DNA of 63,830 nucleotides, filler included, from Thraustochytrium aureum (taxonomy: Eukaryota), in the NCBI GenBank assembly GCA_012862495.1. It is 5 parts of 3 records of this genome, joined end to end, with 100 filler letters (N's around TTAATTAATTAA, not from the genome) between each part and the next. Parts side by side here need not be neighbours in the genome. Positions count along the whole stretch, not along the records: positions 36,018 to 59,598 come from BLSG01000034.1; positions 59,699 to 61,689 come from BLSG01000034.1; positions 61,790 to 63,830 come from BLSG01000039.1; 2 more parts are not named here. One strand, written 5' to 3'. The translations under genes and the position numbers were made by a program. Numbering within the stretch: position 1 is the first letter of the stretch; every line of letters begins with the position of its first letter. Positions 53,607 through 63,830 of this stretch are shown here, piece by piece. The notes under the pieces are model-generated. The model was given only the letters and a program-made list of their open reading frames with translations, was not told the DNA's origin and did no database searches.

Positions 53607-55394
53607 ATGGTGCACGTGAGGACCCTCGCAAGCCTGCTGTGCAGCGTTCTCGTGGCCACTGCGGTCGCACAAGATAACAACAATGCGACGCTGGCCCCAA
53701 CGGACTCGCCAACAATTGTGACACTAGCACCGACGAGGTCCCCAACAGCAGCCCCCACACTTTCTCCAACGAGGCCGCCAAGCAGCACGCCAACCCGCTC
53801 GCCAACCCGCTCGCCAACCCGCTCGCCAACGCGCGCGCCCAGCCCAACGCCGACAACATCTCCAACAAAGGCGCCAACAACGCCAGCGCCTACATCAGGG
53901 CCAACGGCCAGCCCGACAGCCAAACCAACGAGCAGTCCGACAAGGTCCCCGACCGTCTCGCCGTCAACTGCATCGCCGACTCGCTCACCGACAACCTCAA
54001 GCCCAACGAGGAGCCCCTCCCGAACGCCTTCCGCGGGCCCGACGCGGTCGCCGACGGCGAGGCCTACGCTGACTCTTCGCCCGACAGGTGCCCCAACAGG
54101 GCGACCGACGATTGCGCCGCCGCTCCTCGGCTCTGTTGGAATAGTGTCGTTCGTGATGGCCGGCCTTGTTTCACTTGCTGGCTTGGTGGGGGGCGTGTTT
54201 GTATTCGTCTTTCGGGCCCGGCCGATCATGCGCATGTCCCAGCAGCTGTTCCTGATTCTGTTCAGCACCGGCATAATGATGACCGGCGTATCGCTCTTCC
54301 CGCTGGTTTACGGGACATTCTTTCCTAGCGACGCGATGTGCATTACCCATGACGTCCTCTTTAATCTCTCGGTCACGTTTGCGATGACGACGCTGCTGGT
54401 GAAAGAATGGAGAGCGTACATGCTCTACAACAGCACACAGTCGATGCGCCGCGTCTCGATCAACAACCGCAAGATGTTCCTGTACATCGCGCTAGTCATG
54501 GTGGCTCCGGTTTTCTTGGTGATCCTGGCCGTAACTGTCGGCAGCCCGGCGCCCTACCCGGACCCGCAGAACGGGTTCAGGTGCAAGAATAACGGCTTCA
54601 ACATCGCCTTGTTTGTCTACACAGCAGTCCTCGCAGTGGGCAGCGTGGCGATGGCAATCGTTGCGCGCGGGGTGCCTTCCGTCGGGGGCGAGTCCAGCGG
54701 GATCCTCTACGCGGCGTGCTTTATTGCATTTGCGATCTTCCTGATCTTCCTGCTGCAGATCTTGGGCGTGCTGGAGGCCGAGGTGGAGACGTTCATCCTC
54801 TGCTTTTCCATTCTGTGGTGCTCTGCGGTTGCGATGGGTTTCATCGTCTTCAAAAAGTCGCTCTGGTTTGGCTTTTCGCAAGAGGAGATCCACAGCCTTT
54901 TTCTCGAGAGCCCGAGCGACATGCGACGGATGTCTCGCGGGGCTATGAGCGGTGCCGACGAGGGTTTCGGGGCCGGGGCTCGCGAATCGCACCAGTTCAG
55001 AGAAACGACGAAGACCTCCACGTCGGCGACCAGCGAGGGGTTTGCCAAACGCCGCGGATTGGCTGACCCGGCGTCCTCGGAGGAGCTCCTTGACGGAGAT
55101 TCGCGAGGGGGGGCTGGGGAGGGAGCAGATATCGGTTCCCCGGTTCAGTCCGCGTCGATCGAGCGTGCGCCCTCTGTGGCGGCCGACCCGGAGGCGATGC
55201 AAAAGCGGCGTGCCGAGGTTGAGGCGCGCAAGTCGATGGCGTTTCAGGTTGGCGAGAACGGCGATTGGGAGCATTTCGTCGACCGCGAGTCGGGGGAGGA
55301 GTTTTGGGTCAACAGAATCACCTTGGTCATGTCTGAGGACCCGTTTGGGGAGGGCGGCGCCGTGGGCGACGAAGTCACCCTGTCCATAGTTTAA
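53607..55394 (+). CDS. Class C (GABA-B-like) 7TM receptor with mucin-like P/T/S stalk and C-terminal WW-like domain
   Basis: Signal peptide, (PTRS)n repeats, 7 TM with IMRMSQ..FL, LLVKEWR and VPS..GES, and a tail [17 protein letters not shown]. Confidence 0.8.
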   Translation: MVHVRTLASLLCSVLVATAVAQDNNNATLAPTDSPTIVTLAPTRSPTAAPTLSPTRPPSSTPTRSPTRSPTRSPTRAPSPTPTTSPTKAPTTPAPTSGPTASPTAKPTSSPTRSPTVSPSTASPTRSPTTSSPTRSPSRTPSAGPTRSPTARPTLTLRPTGAPTGRPTIAPPLLGSVGIVSFVMAGLVSLAGLVGGVFVFVFRARPIMRMSQQLFLILFSTGIMMTGVSLFPLVYGTFFPSDAMCITHDVLFNLSVTFAMTTLLVKEWRAYMLYNSTQSMRRVSINNRKMFLYIALVMVAPVFLVILAVTVGSPAPYPDPQNGFRCKNNGFNIALFVYTAVLAVGSVAMAIVARGVPSVGGESSGILYAACFIAFAIFLIFLLQILGVLEAEVETFILCFSILWCSAVAMGFIVFKKSLWFGFSQEEIHSLFLESPSDMRRMSRGAMSGADEGFGAGARESHQFRETTKTSTSATSEGFAKRRGLADPASSEELLDGDSRGGAGEGADIGSPVQSASIERAPSVAADPEAMQKRRAEVEARKSMAFQVGENGDWEHFVDRESGEEFWVNRITLVMSEDPFGEGGAVGDEVTLSIV

Positions 55395-55987
55395 CGGTTG
55401 TAATATTTTGTTCATGGTTTTTGCACGATTTGTTTGTTGTCGATGACAAGGCCGCTCGTACGACGGCACCAGTCGCGCACGTGGTGTCGTCGAACGAGCA
55501 GCCTTGTTGGAGCTTCACGAACGCACGTCGGAAAGGAATCGGAAGCCAACGCGCGGCCTTGGAGCAAGCACGACGTGGCAGCTTGCGCCTCTTCAGGGGG
55601 GCCTCGATCCCATGCGCCAACTGGTCCAAGCCGAGGCCGTAGAGTACTCTACGTACCTACTCTACCTCTGTCCGGTGCCCGCCACTCGGCGCGTTGGCAG
55701 CGTCAGAGTCGGAATTGCAACTTGCAACTCGCAACGCCCCTCGCTTGCGAGGTCGGTCCTGTTTGGCTGAAACGCGATTTCACCCTGGCTCCACCATGTG
55801 GCTTGAGTGGAAACTTGATACCAGAATGAGCCGACTCCGTGCGCATGCGCTGACGCACCGCTTTCACGGTGCAGACAATCGCTCGCGAGTGGGCGCCAGG
55901 GCTCATGCCAGACACGAAACGCATTCGGTGCTGACGCGGAGGCGGGCGACTGGCCGGCTGCTGGCAAGGGTTGCCGTCGCCGCAACG

Positions 55988-56815
55988 ATGGACCACCGAG
56001 GATTCTTGGGCAGCGTGCGGCTCACGGTGAGCCTGTTCGAAGCGTGGGAAGGCGCCAACACTGCCATAGCGCGCGCGGTGCGGCGACAACTCGGGGCGTC
56101 GCATGACGTTGCTGCAATAGCGCAGCAGCGNNNNNNNNNNNNNNNNNNNNNNNNNNNNNNNNNNNNNNNNNNNNNNNNNNNNNNNNNNNNNNNNNNNNNN
56201 NNNNNNNNNGTTGCTGCAATAGCGCAGCAGCGCAAAAGGCAACGTGAGGCGATAGGCCGCGCGCTCGGGCAGCCCTCGCTGGCGGAGCTGTGCTTTGCCT
56301 CCGCCCCCGACGAGACTCGGCGCGTACTCGTCGAGCTCGTCCCCGCAAGTCTCGTCGCCTCGCACTTTGCAAGGCGCCGAGCCGTGCGCAAGATAGACAC
56401 GTTTCTGCGGAGCTGGGTTGTTGCTCACCGCGCGCGCCGCGCGCCGCCAGGAACGCACTTGGTCGTCTCTGGGGCGCGGACTGTGTGGGAGCCCTCCAAG
56501 CTGGACTTTTCCACGTTACACGCGTTCGCCGCGGGCGGCGAGGTGCGCCTGCGCAACGAGTCTGCCTGGACCGAGGTTCGCCACGCGGTTTACTGCCTGT
56601 GGCTCATCAACCCGGGAATACTGAGCATCCTTCTTGCAGTGTACCTGGTTGGGGACCTTGGCTTGCCGTGGCTTTTCCGCATGATCCGCCGTGCCTTGGT
56701 CTGGGCAGTGGGCAAGGCCTCCCCGCGCGGGCGCTGGCAAAGCTCCAAGCAGGCCGAGTCGGCCCTGCGTCAGCAGGAGGGCCAGGCTGCTGCCGGCGCC
56801 GCCGAGTCGCGCTGA
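55988..56815 (+). CDS. Hypothetical protein with C-terminal TM
   Basis: ATG ORF. The internal gap is flanked by a duplicated GTTGCTGCAATAGCGCAGCAGCG, consistent with an assembly overlap. Confidence 0.45.
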   Translation: MDHRGFLGSVRLTVSLFEAWEGANTAIARAVRRQLGASHDVAAIAQQXXXXXXXXXXXXXXXXXXXXXXXXXXXVAAIAQQRKRQREAIGRALGQPSLAELCFASAPDETRRVLVELVPASLVASHFARRRAVRKIDTFLRSWVVAHRARRAPPGTHLVVSGARTVWEPSKLDFSTLHAFAAGGEVRLRNESAWTEVRHAVYCLWLINPGILSILLAVYLVGDLGLPWLFRMIRRALVWAVGKASPRGRWQSSKQAESALRQQEGQAAAGAAESR

Positions 56816-57072
56816 TGATTAATTTTCAAAAATGAAACCCCATGAATGTGAATGCAGAACGCCCCACTCGGCCTTGCGCAGCGCAGTGCCGTCCGCGCCT
56901 CGCTCATCGGCCCAGCCCGCGAGTGAGCCCGCAGGCGCCCTCCCACAATGTTCGGCCAGCCTGCCCTGCTACGAACCGCGAACAGACCGAGCCCTGGTAG
57001 TACCGAAGCTTCTTGTTGCCTCGCAGGGACCGGAGCGCGGCGCCGCGCCAGGCAGACAGACGCGCAGGGAGG

Positions 57073-58840
57073 ATGGCGCAAGGTGACGATGCGGCGCAGC
57101 TGGGGCCGCTGAGCGATCTCGCGGGCCAGGAGTTTGACTTTGTGGTCCTCGGGACGGGCCTCGTCGAGTCGATCGTGTCGGCTGCGCTCGCGCTCGTTGG
57201 CAAGCGCGTCCTCCACCTGGATCGCAACGACTACTACGGCGACAACGAAGCGACGCTGAGCCTCGCCCAGCTGGCAGAAGGCGCCCCGGGCGCTACGGAG
57301 CAGGCAGGGCCTTTGGCAGAGCAGGCAGAGCTCGCAAGCGGCTCTCCTGGCAGTGCCCCGCGCGGTGCGAGCCTCGTCGTGGTCGCGCCGCGGTCCGGAG
57401 CAGCGTTCGCGCGCGCACAGCCCAGTAATGCCGACGAGGCGGACGAGGCGGACGAGGCGGACGAGGCGGACGAATGGACGCGCATAGAGTCAGATCGCTT
57501 CGCAGCGCGCGCCTTCAACGTCGACCTCAACCCACGTGTNNNNNNNNNNNNNNNNNNNNNNNNNNNNNNNNNNNNNNNNNNNNNNNNNNNNNNNNNNNNN
57601 NNNNNNNNNNNNNNNNNNNNNNNNNNNNNNNNNNNNNNNNNNNNNNNNNNNNNNNNNNNNNNNNNNNNNNNNNNNNNNNNNNNNNNNNNNNNNNNNNNNN
57701 NNNNNNNNNNNNNNNNNNNNNNNNNNNNNNNNNNNNNNNNNNNNNNNNNNNNNNNNNNNNNNNNNNNNNNNNNNNNNNNNNNNNNNNNNNNNNNNNNNNN
57801 NNNNNNNNNNNNNNNNNNNNNNNNNNNNNNNNNNNNNNNNNNNNNNNNNNNNNNNNNNNNNNNNNNNNNNNNNNNNNNNNNNNNNNNNNNNNNNNNNNNN
57901 NNNNNNNNNNNNNNNNNNNNNNNNNNNNNNNNNNNNNNNNNNNNNNNNNNNNNNNNNNNNNNNNNNNNNNNNNNNNNNNNNNNNNNNNNNNNNNNNNNNN
58001 NNNNNNNNNNNNNNNNNNNNNNNNNNNNNNNNNNNNNNNNNNNNNNNNNNNNNNNNNNNNNNNNNNNNNNNNNNNNNNNNNNNNNNNNNNNNNNNNNNNN
58101 NNNNNNNNNNNNNNNNNNNNNNNNNNNNNNNNNNNNNNNNNNNNNNNNNNNNNNNNNNNNNNNNNNNNNNNNNGTGCGGACAACGGGCCAGCGACAGTTT
58201 TTGCCCTGCAGCTGGACAGCGGCGTCGACGTCGCCGCCCCGGGTACGTTCCTCATACACCTGACGATCGAGTGCGCGGACTGCGATGAAGGATCCAGGAC
58301 GCTCGAAGCGGGTCGCGGCGAGTCCTGCTCGAGCGTGCGAAACGCGCTCTTGCCACCCTGCGCGAGGCGCGGCCAGCAGAACTCGCTCCGCCGGGCGGTG
58401 CGGGGGCCTCGGGTGCTGCGCAGGACTGCGAGGGGCAAGGCGATATGGGTGACGGCAGAGACAGAGTCCAAGGCGCGGTCGCAGCCGCTGCGCAGGCGCA
58501 ACTCGCCTACCTCTGGCAAGCAGGGTTCTTCCGCGAGCTCGGGGCGCGCCAAGTCTTGCAGGCGTGCGAGGGCACGCTCGTGCAGTCTGGCGACGTTGGC
58601 GCTGGGCTCGACACCGCGGCTTTCATGGCTATGGCCGAGGCGGTATTCTCGCAAGTGTGTCCAGGTGAGCCCTTTCTGCCGAGCGAAGAGCTCCGAGGGC
58701 CTGAGCACCGCACCGTGCACGCGGACGTTGAGCCTGACGACGCCCTGCAGCGCGTCAAGCTGCCGCAGCTAGTCGACCTCGCGTGGTTCGAGCAGCTTGG
58801 GGGCCGCGTCAAGCGCGGCGCGACACGCCAGCTCCAGTAA
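57073..58840 (+). CDS. Rab escort protein (REP/CHM; GDI superfamily), spans gap
   Basis: FDFVVLGTGLVESIVSAAL...KRVLHLDRNDYYG, FNVDLNP and the REP-type C-terminal AEAVFSQVCPGEPFLP. Confidence 0.8.
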
Positions 58841-59278
58841 GTGGCACGCGATGGAACGCTACTCTACCTACCTACGCTGCCAGAGTCACCTGGTCCGAGT
58901 CCGCGCCACCTCGTGGCGTCGCGCGTGTGGTTGGTTGGCTGTTCGACGGACGATGCAAAGCGCCTCACAATTGACGTCAAGTTTTTTTTGCTGATTCCCT
59001 GTTGCACGTTCCTCTGAAACAGACGCAAACTAAACCCTTCACCCACCCTCTGATGGATGACCCGAGAGACGGACGACAGACACTGGCAAAGCCAGACAGA
59101 CAGACGCACGGCGCAGGAGAGACTCGCCCTGCACCTCTCACATCTCTCTCGTTGACCCTCTGACGCCTAGCTGGAATGAACGGGCAGCGGCGCGGCCGCC
59201 AGACACGCAACGACAGACACATCCAGCCGGATCAGCAGCAGCAGCAGCAGCAGCAGACGCGGACCTTCACCAGCAACA

Positions 59279-59598
59279 ATGTCGGCCGAGAGCGGTGCTA
59301 AGGTAGGTTGGGCATGGGGGGCAGGGCCTGCGGCGCCCGCAGCGCAGCAGGCCAGACTTGGTCGTTGAGTGCGTCGTCGGTCGCCCAAGGAGGCTCTGCC
59401 GTTGGGTGGCAGCCGCGCAGCGCCTCGGGTCGGGTCGGAGGCTCGTTGCGGGCGCCGCTTGACGGCCTGATCGTGATCTAACAGAGCTGGGAGTCGCGGC
59501 GCAGATTTTCAAGACCAAGTGCAGCCAGTGCCACACGGGTTGAGGCCGGTGGCTCGCACAAGCAGGGCCCCAACCTGAGCGGGCTCTTTGGCCGCCAG
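59279..59598 (+). CDS. CYC: Cytochrome c, 5' part; intron 59303-59504
   Basis: [39 protein letters not shown] with the CxxCH motif. Intron has a GTAGGT donor, CTAAC branch point and GCAG acceptor. One extra G near 59537 shifts the frame. Confidence 0.92.
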
Positions 59599-59698
59599 NN
59601 NNNNNNNNNNNNNNNNNNNNNNNNNNNNNNNNNNNNNNNNNNTTAATTAATTAANNNNNNNNNNNNNNNNNNNNNNNNNNNNNNNNNNNNNNNNNNNN
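59599..59698. other. Artificial scaffold linker
   Basis: 44 N + TTAATTAATTAA + 44 N. Confidence 0.97.
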
Positions 59699-60609
59699 CG
59701 CAAGCGCCCTGCTCGGACTGCGTGCGCTTCCGCGAGCGCCTCGGGCGAGGCGCCAGCGACGCCGCGCCGAGCGCTTTCCTCGATGAGCGACAAGCAAGCC
59801 TCGAGCGACTGTGAGCACATGTCGTCGACTTCGTTCTCGCCCCCGTCGCCGCTGCCGCCGGCGCCTGCCGCGCAGTGTGCGGGCGGCGGCGCTGTCGACG
59901 ACGCCGCACCAGCCGTTTTGGGCCGCCTTTGAAGCGCTTCAAGCACCGATATCTGTTTGCCGAGGCTTGCAGAAGCGAAATATTGATCTTGGCGAGAACC
60001 GCCTGGCTTCTTTTGGCATGAGCGTGGGATGGCAGTCCTGGCGCGTCTCTCGCCTGAGCCGCGGTGTGGCTCTCGCCACTCCACTGCTTGCTCTTGGCCG
60101 CCACTTGGTGGGCACGTTTGCTGAAACTCGCTCGTACAGAGCAGGGTCTGGGCTTGGGCCGCCTCTATAGCAGCATCCAGCGTCTGGCGAGGGCCGTCCC
60201 GGGTGCGCGAAAACAGCGCAGACCGCGAAGTCGTGCTCGACAGGGCCGGGTCCAGGATTGGAAAAGGCAAAGGGATCCCGCGCTGCTGACGTTTTCGGCG
60301 CCTCGAGGGCTTTGCCTTTTGTAATAGCCTGGCATGGATTGCATCGGCAAAGGTCTGCTGCGCCTGCAGCCCTTGATGGCCGGTCGGGCGGTCCTTGGCG
60401 AGCCGCGCTTCGATGGGAACGCCAAGCCCGTTGCTGTACGAGCTGTCGTGTATGAACCTTTGCGCATCCGGGCTTGCGTCCACCTCATCGCGTGACCTTT
60501 GCAGGCCGGCCGCGCTTCCCGGCGCAACCAGAGGCCGGGGCTCGCTGCCCAGACTTGCCAGGCTTGGGGCTGACGCGGACCCTTGCCTGTAGGACGGCAG
60601 GCGCAGCAT
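59699..60609 (-). CDS. Hypothetical low-complexity protein (runs into linker)
   Basis: Long open frame with no recognisable motif. Start uncertain. Confidence 0.3.
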
Positions 60610-61218
60610 GCCGGAGAGGGTCCAGCCGCGTCGCTTTTAGCCTGAACGGGGGCCAGGCCTGCCGCACAGGGAGCGGGTTGGCTGCGCGAGTAAGCAGTCT
60701 GGCTGGCGGCTGGGAGAGCAGCGCGTTGGTGGCACAACAAGGGAAAGAAAGCACGTGGCGCACCCACCACCAGTCTGCCTGCCCCCACCGTGCTCTGCGC
60801 AAGCGGCCACTGCTCGCCTCGGCGGCTTCTCGGGCGCGCAAGGTGCACGCTCGCGCGTTTTGCTCGCTGGATGGTGGACTCCGAGCTGATTGTGTCCGAC
60901 GGACCTCCAACGGACCCATTATCGTCTTCGTGTTGGTCCTCGTCTCGATGGTGAGCTCGAAAGGGACAATGCCCTCGCTGGCTCGCTCGCGCCGAGCCGG
61001 CCTGGGCGCAGCGACGCGCACATCGCGGGCCGTTGCCGGCAACGGGATGGAAATGGAAATGGAAAGAGAAAACGAACGTTGATTTGCTTGCTGAAAGTGG
61101 CTCGCTGAAGCGGCCGGGCGTCATCCTCGGGCTGGGCTCTTGCCTCCACAGGCAGAGCCGCGCCTCAAGTCGACGGGTCATGGTCACGGATGTCAAGGTG
61201 TATGCGCCAAGTGGCCGC

Positions 61219-61689
61219 TCACGACAGGTAGTTGAGCGGGACGACGCCAGATCGGCCCTGAAGCTCGGCGGTGGCCCAGCCCGAGGAGTCCTTGTTGATG
61301 ATGCGAACGGCGTCTCCGCGCTTGAACGAAAGCTCGTTGGCCTCCTGCGCCTGGTAGTCGTAGAGCGCGGTCATGTCTGGTTGCCACCAGCACCGCCAAA
61401 GCCACCTCGGGCGGCACCCCAGGGCGCGGCAGCCCCGAAGGCGGACGACATGCGCGAGAATGCGCCGCCCTTAGGGGGTTGACCATAGCCGGCAGGGCCG
61501 CCAGCGGGCTGCATCGCACCCTGGCCATAGCCAGCAGGGCTGCCCGCGGGCTGCATCGCGCCCTGTCTCATTGGAGCAGTGCCGCTGCTGCTGCCGCGGC
61601 GTGACTTCACGAAGGCGCCAACAGCGAGGACGGCGACACTGCCTCCAACAATGCCAGCAATTGTCGTCGTCGAAAGGCCCTCACTCTCC
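61219..61689 (-). CDS. Single-pass membrane protein C-terminus with Gly/Pro-rich linker and SH3 domain (frame break at 61371-61374)
   Basis: TM IAGIVGGSVAVLAVGAFV, then in a shifted frame MTALYDYQAQEANELSFKRGD...SGW...GVVPLNYL, a canonical SH3. Confidence 0.8.
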
Positions 61690-61789
61690 NNNNNNNNNNN
61701 NNNNNNNNNNNNNNNNNNNNNNNNNNNNNNNNNTTAATTAATTAANNNNNNNNNNNNNNNNNNNNNNNNNNNNNNNNNNNNNNNNNNNN
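61690..61789. other. Artificial scaffold linker
   Basis: 44 N + TTAATTAATTAA + 44 N. Confidence 0.97.
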
Positions 61790-63273
61790 AGCCAGTGGCG
61801 GAGTTCCTGAGGCTGTGGCGCTGTGCGCAGGCGAGGCTGGAGGGTACCGGTAGTAAGCGCGCGTTGCATTCTGGCTGGCTGCCAACAGCACCACACGGAA
61901 GTGGATGGGCGTGGATGGGGCTCCGTGGCGCTGGCATTGCGTTTTTCGTTTGTCGTTTGTCTTCAATGAACATCAGTTGCGCATTTTTTTGGAGATGGTG
62001 CGTGCAAAACAACGCCGTGGACAGCCCAACCAGGGAGGTAGAGTACTCTATAGAGTACCTACGCACGCACGAGCCGCACTTGCGAGGGGCAGCGAAGAAA
62101 CCTGTTCGCAGCTAGAATTCAGCTCCCTGTTGGCGTCACGAGCCGACGGTCGGCGCTCAAGGAGTAGAGTACGTACACGTACAGAAGTAGGTACTACTAG
62201 TAGGTGAGCAGAGTTCACGCTCGACGACTCCCGCTCCCTTCCTACCTACCCCCGCCAAACGACGGCCGTGGTGAGGCCACGCGAGCCTGGAGGCGGCTTT
62301 GGCGATCTTCGGTGTGCAACTGGCGCCGTCGGCATTCGCTCCAATTCCAAATGAACTCTGATCGTCCTCGCTCGCAAAGCTTCTTCAGAGTCGAACCAAG
62401 GAGCATCGGAGTCTCCTTGCCAGTGGTTGGACTTCGCTGATCTTGAAAGACATGGAGAGAGCGTTTGGGGGAAATTTTTGCGAACCAAACGGTCGGCAGG
62501 TAGGCCCACACACAGCGCTGAGGCGAATCGCCTTTACGCAGCAGGCACAAGTCGTGCGGTGGGCGATCAAAAACGGCTGTGGCGAGCGATGAAATGCAAG
62601 AGTTGTGGTTGCTCGAGAACGGGCGGCTCGTGCGTTGGCATCTGCTCATGAGGAAACGCGACACAAGGCTCGCTCCGCCTCAACCATCGTCGAGAGTTAC
62701 ACATGAATTACAGCGGTAAACTGCATGCGTTTCAATCAAGACGGGGGAGCACGTCGATGCGACGGACGACCACAACGCAACTCGTGCAGGGATTTGGCTT
62801 GGCGCTCCCGCTTGGTGGGTGGCGTCGACGCGCATGCCAGGACGAGTTTGCCCGGCAAGACATTCTTTTCGCAGTGGCTCTCGCGCCACCCTCCCACGTT
62901 CCTTCCTCGGAGTGGCAGGCACACGCTGGTTTGTCCACAGAAACGAGTGAGTCAGATCGTCGGAGAGAGCGCGGCCTCAAGTTTGCTTGCACCAACCGAC
63001 TCCACGACCACCAACCACCTCAACAGAGTCTGCTATCTGTTTGATTGAAGAGGGGCGCTCACCAACAATTGGTGCTGGACTTTGAGTGATGTGGTCGGCG
63101 CTGTGGCCGCCACAGCTGATTACTTAGCAGCAGACACCGAACGCAGGCAGAGCAGAGAGCCGCAACGAGCAACGCAGGAAAGTAGGCCTGCTGCAGGTAT
63201 CACTGACGCTCGCGCTGCCAAGGGGTTGCGATCACAACCGCGTCGTGCTCGCGCGTCTTAGCGTGCCGGCAAC

Positions 63274-63830
63274 ATGTGGTCCACCGCCATGGTGCTCACG
63301 GTCCTGGGCCTTGTTCAGATGAGTCTGGTGGCAGGGCAGGGGCAGGGGAACGGCGTCGCGGTACAGTCATGCAATTGCAACGAGGTTGAGATCAGCGTGT
63401 TCTGCGAAGAAAACTTGGTCGTCTCGGTCGAAAGGAACGGAGCAAACACCATCCTTGGGACAACCTCAAACGCTTGGGACAGCATCTATGTGGTGAACTC
63501 AACGTACGAATTGCTGGACCTTTTCAAGTTCAAGTGCACAAAAAACGAGGCAGGGACCAGTCGCCGCGTTCTCGGGGGCGGACGCCGTCAGTTAGCTCCT
63601 GCAACCAAGGCCTACATGTTTATCAGGATGGACTTTTGTGGGCTGCGCTACTACCTCGACGAGAACTCGAACAGCTTGAGCTCGAACAACTTCAATGTCT
63701 ACTATGTGGCATCCCAGTCCGGATCAAACCCGAGAGGCAAAGATTCCATTCAGGCGCTCAACGGTAAGGCGCTGCCGTACTGGACTGGTACGTCAGATGA
63801 TGGCGCGTGGATCACCTATGACTCAGATGC
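63274..63830 (+). CDS. Secreted or surface hypothetical protein, 3' truncated
   Basis: ATG at 63274, signal peptide MWSTAMVLTVLGLVQMSLVAG, open frame to the window end. Confidence 0.7.
   Translation, partial: MWSTAMVLTVLGLVQMSLVAGQGQGNGVAVQSCNCNEVEISVFCEENLVVSVERNGANTILGTTSNAWDSIYVVNSTYELLDLFKFKCTKNEAGTSRRVLGGGRRQLAPATKAYMFIRMDFCGLRYYLDENSNSLSSNNFNVYYVASQSGSNPRGKDSIQALNGKALPYWTGTSDDGAWITYDSD

Noticed and set aside
56108..56232. Direct repeat flanking a gap, read as a target-site duplication
   Set aside because: A 23-nt identity on both sides of an N gap is typical of unmerged overlapping contigs.
59531..59545. Cytochrome c pseudogene or TGA recoding (CAC ACG GGT TGA)
   Set aside because: Removing one G from the GGG run restores HTVEAGG and a conserved frame. 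Likely a homopolymer error near the scaffold end.
62400..63090. Possible decayed ankyrin-like or viral-type gene (RWAIKNGC)
   Set aside because: One short motif among multiple stops is insufficient support.

Overview
The window is not one contiguous locus. It is five scaffolds joined by artificial 100-nt spacers (44 N + TTAATTAATTAA + 44 N at 9420-9519, 35918-36017, 59599-59698 and 61690-61789), with further internal N gaps. Scaffold 1 (1-9419) looks like giant-virus (Nucleocytoviricota) DNA. It has short, tightly packed genes on both strands: an A32-type genome-packaging ATPase, small membrane proteins of giant-virus type, an IBR/RING-type and a U-box/RING-like protein, a C3H zinc finger and a compact CREST/TMEM8-like membrane protein. 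Scaffolds 2-5 are a GC-rich, intron-poor nuclear genome of a protist, probably a stramenopile such as a labyrinthulomycete (inference). They encode a CobW/ZNG1 GTPase, NSRP1-like, prolyl 4-hydroxylase-like, AdoMetDC, C5orf34-like, tRNA-Ser(AGA), aquaporin, NDUFV1, PRP16, an SLC12 cotransporter, TMTC, a class C GPCR-like receptor, Rab escort protein and cytochrome c. Main points of interest: (1) the giant-virus scaffold inside a protist assembly, where integration is not shown because the junction is an artificial linker; (2) a hidden AUG-less, coding-like uORF overlapped by an AUG uORF in the AdoMetDC leader; (3) a viral TMEM8/myomaker-like CREST protein; (4) a bacterial-type dCTP deaminase in the host. 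All family assignments come from motif recognition by eye, not from database searches.
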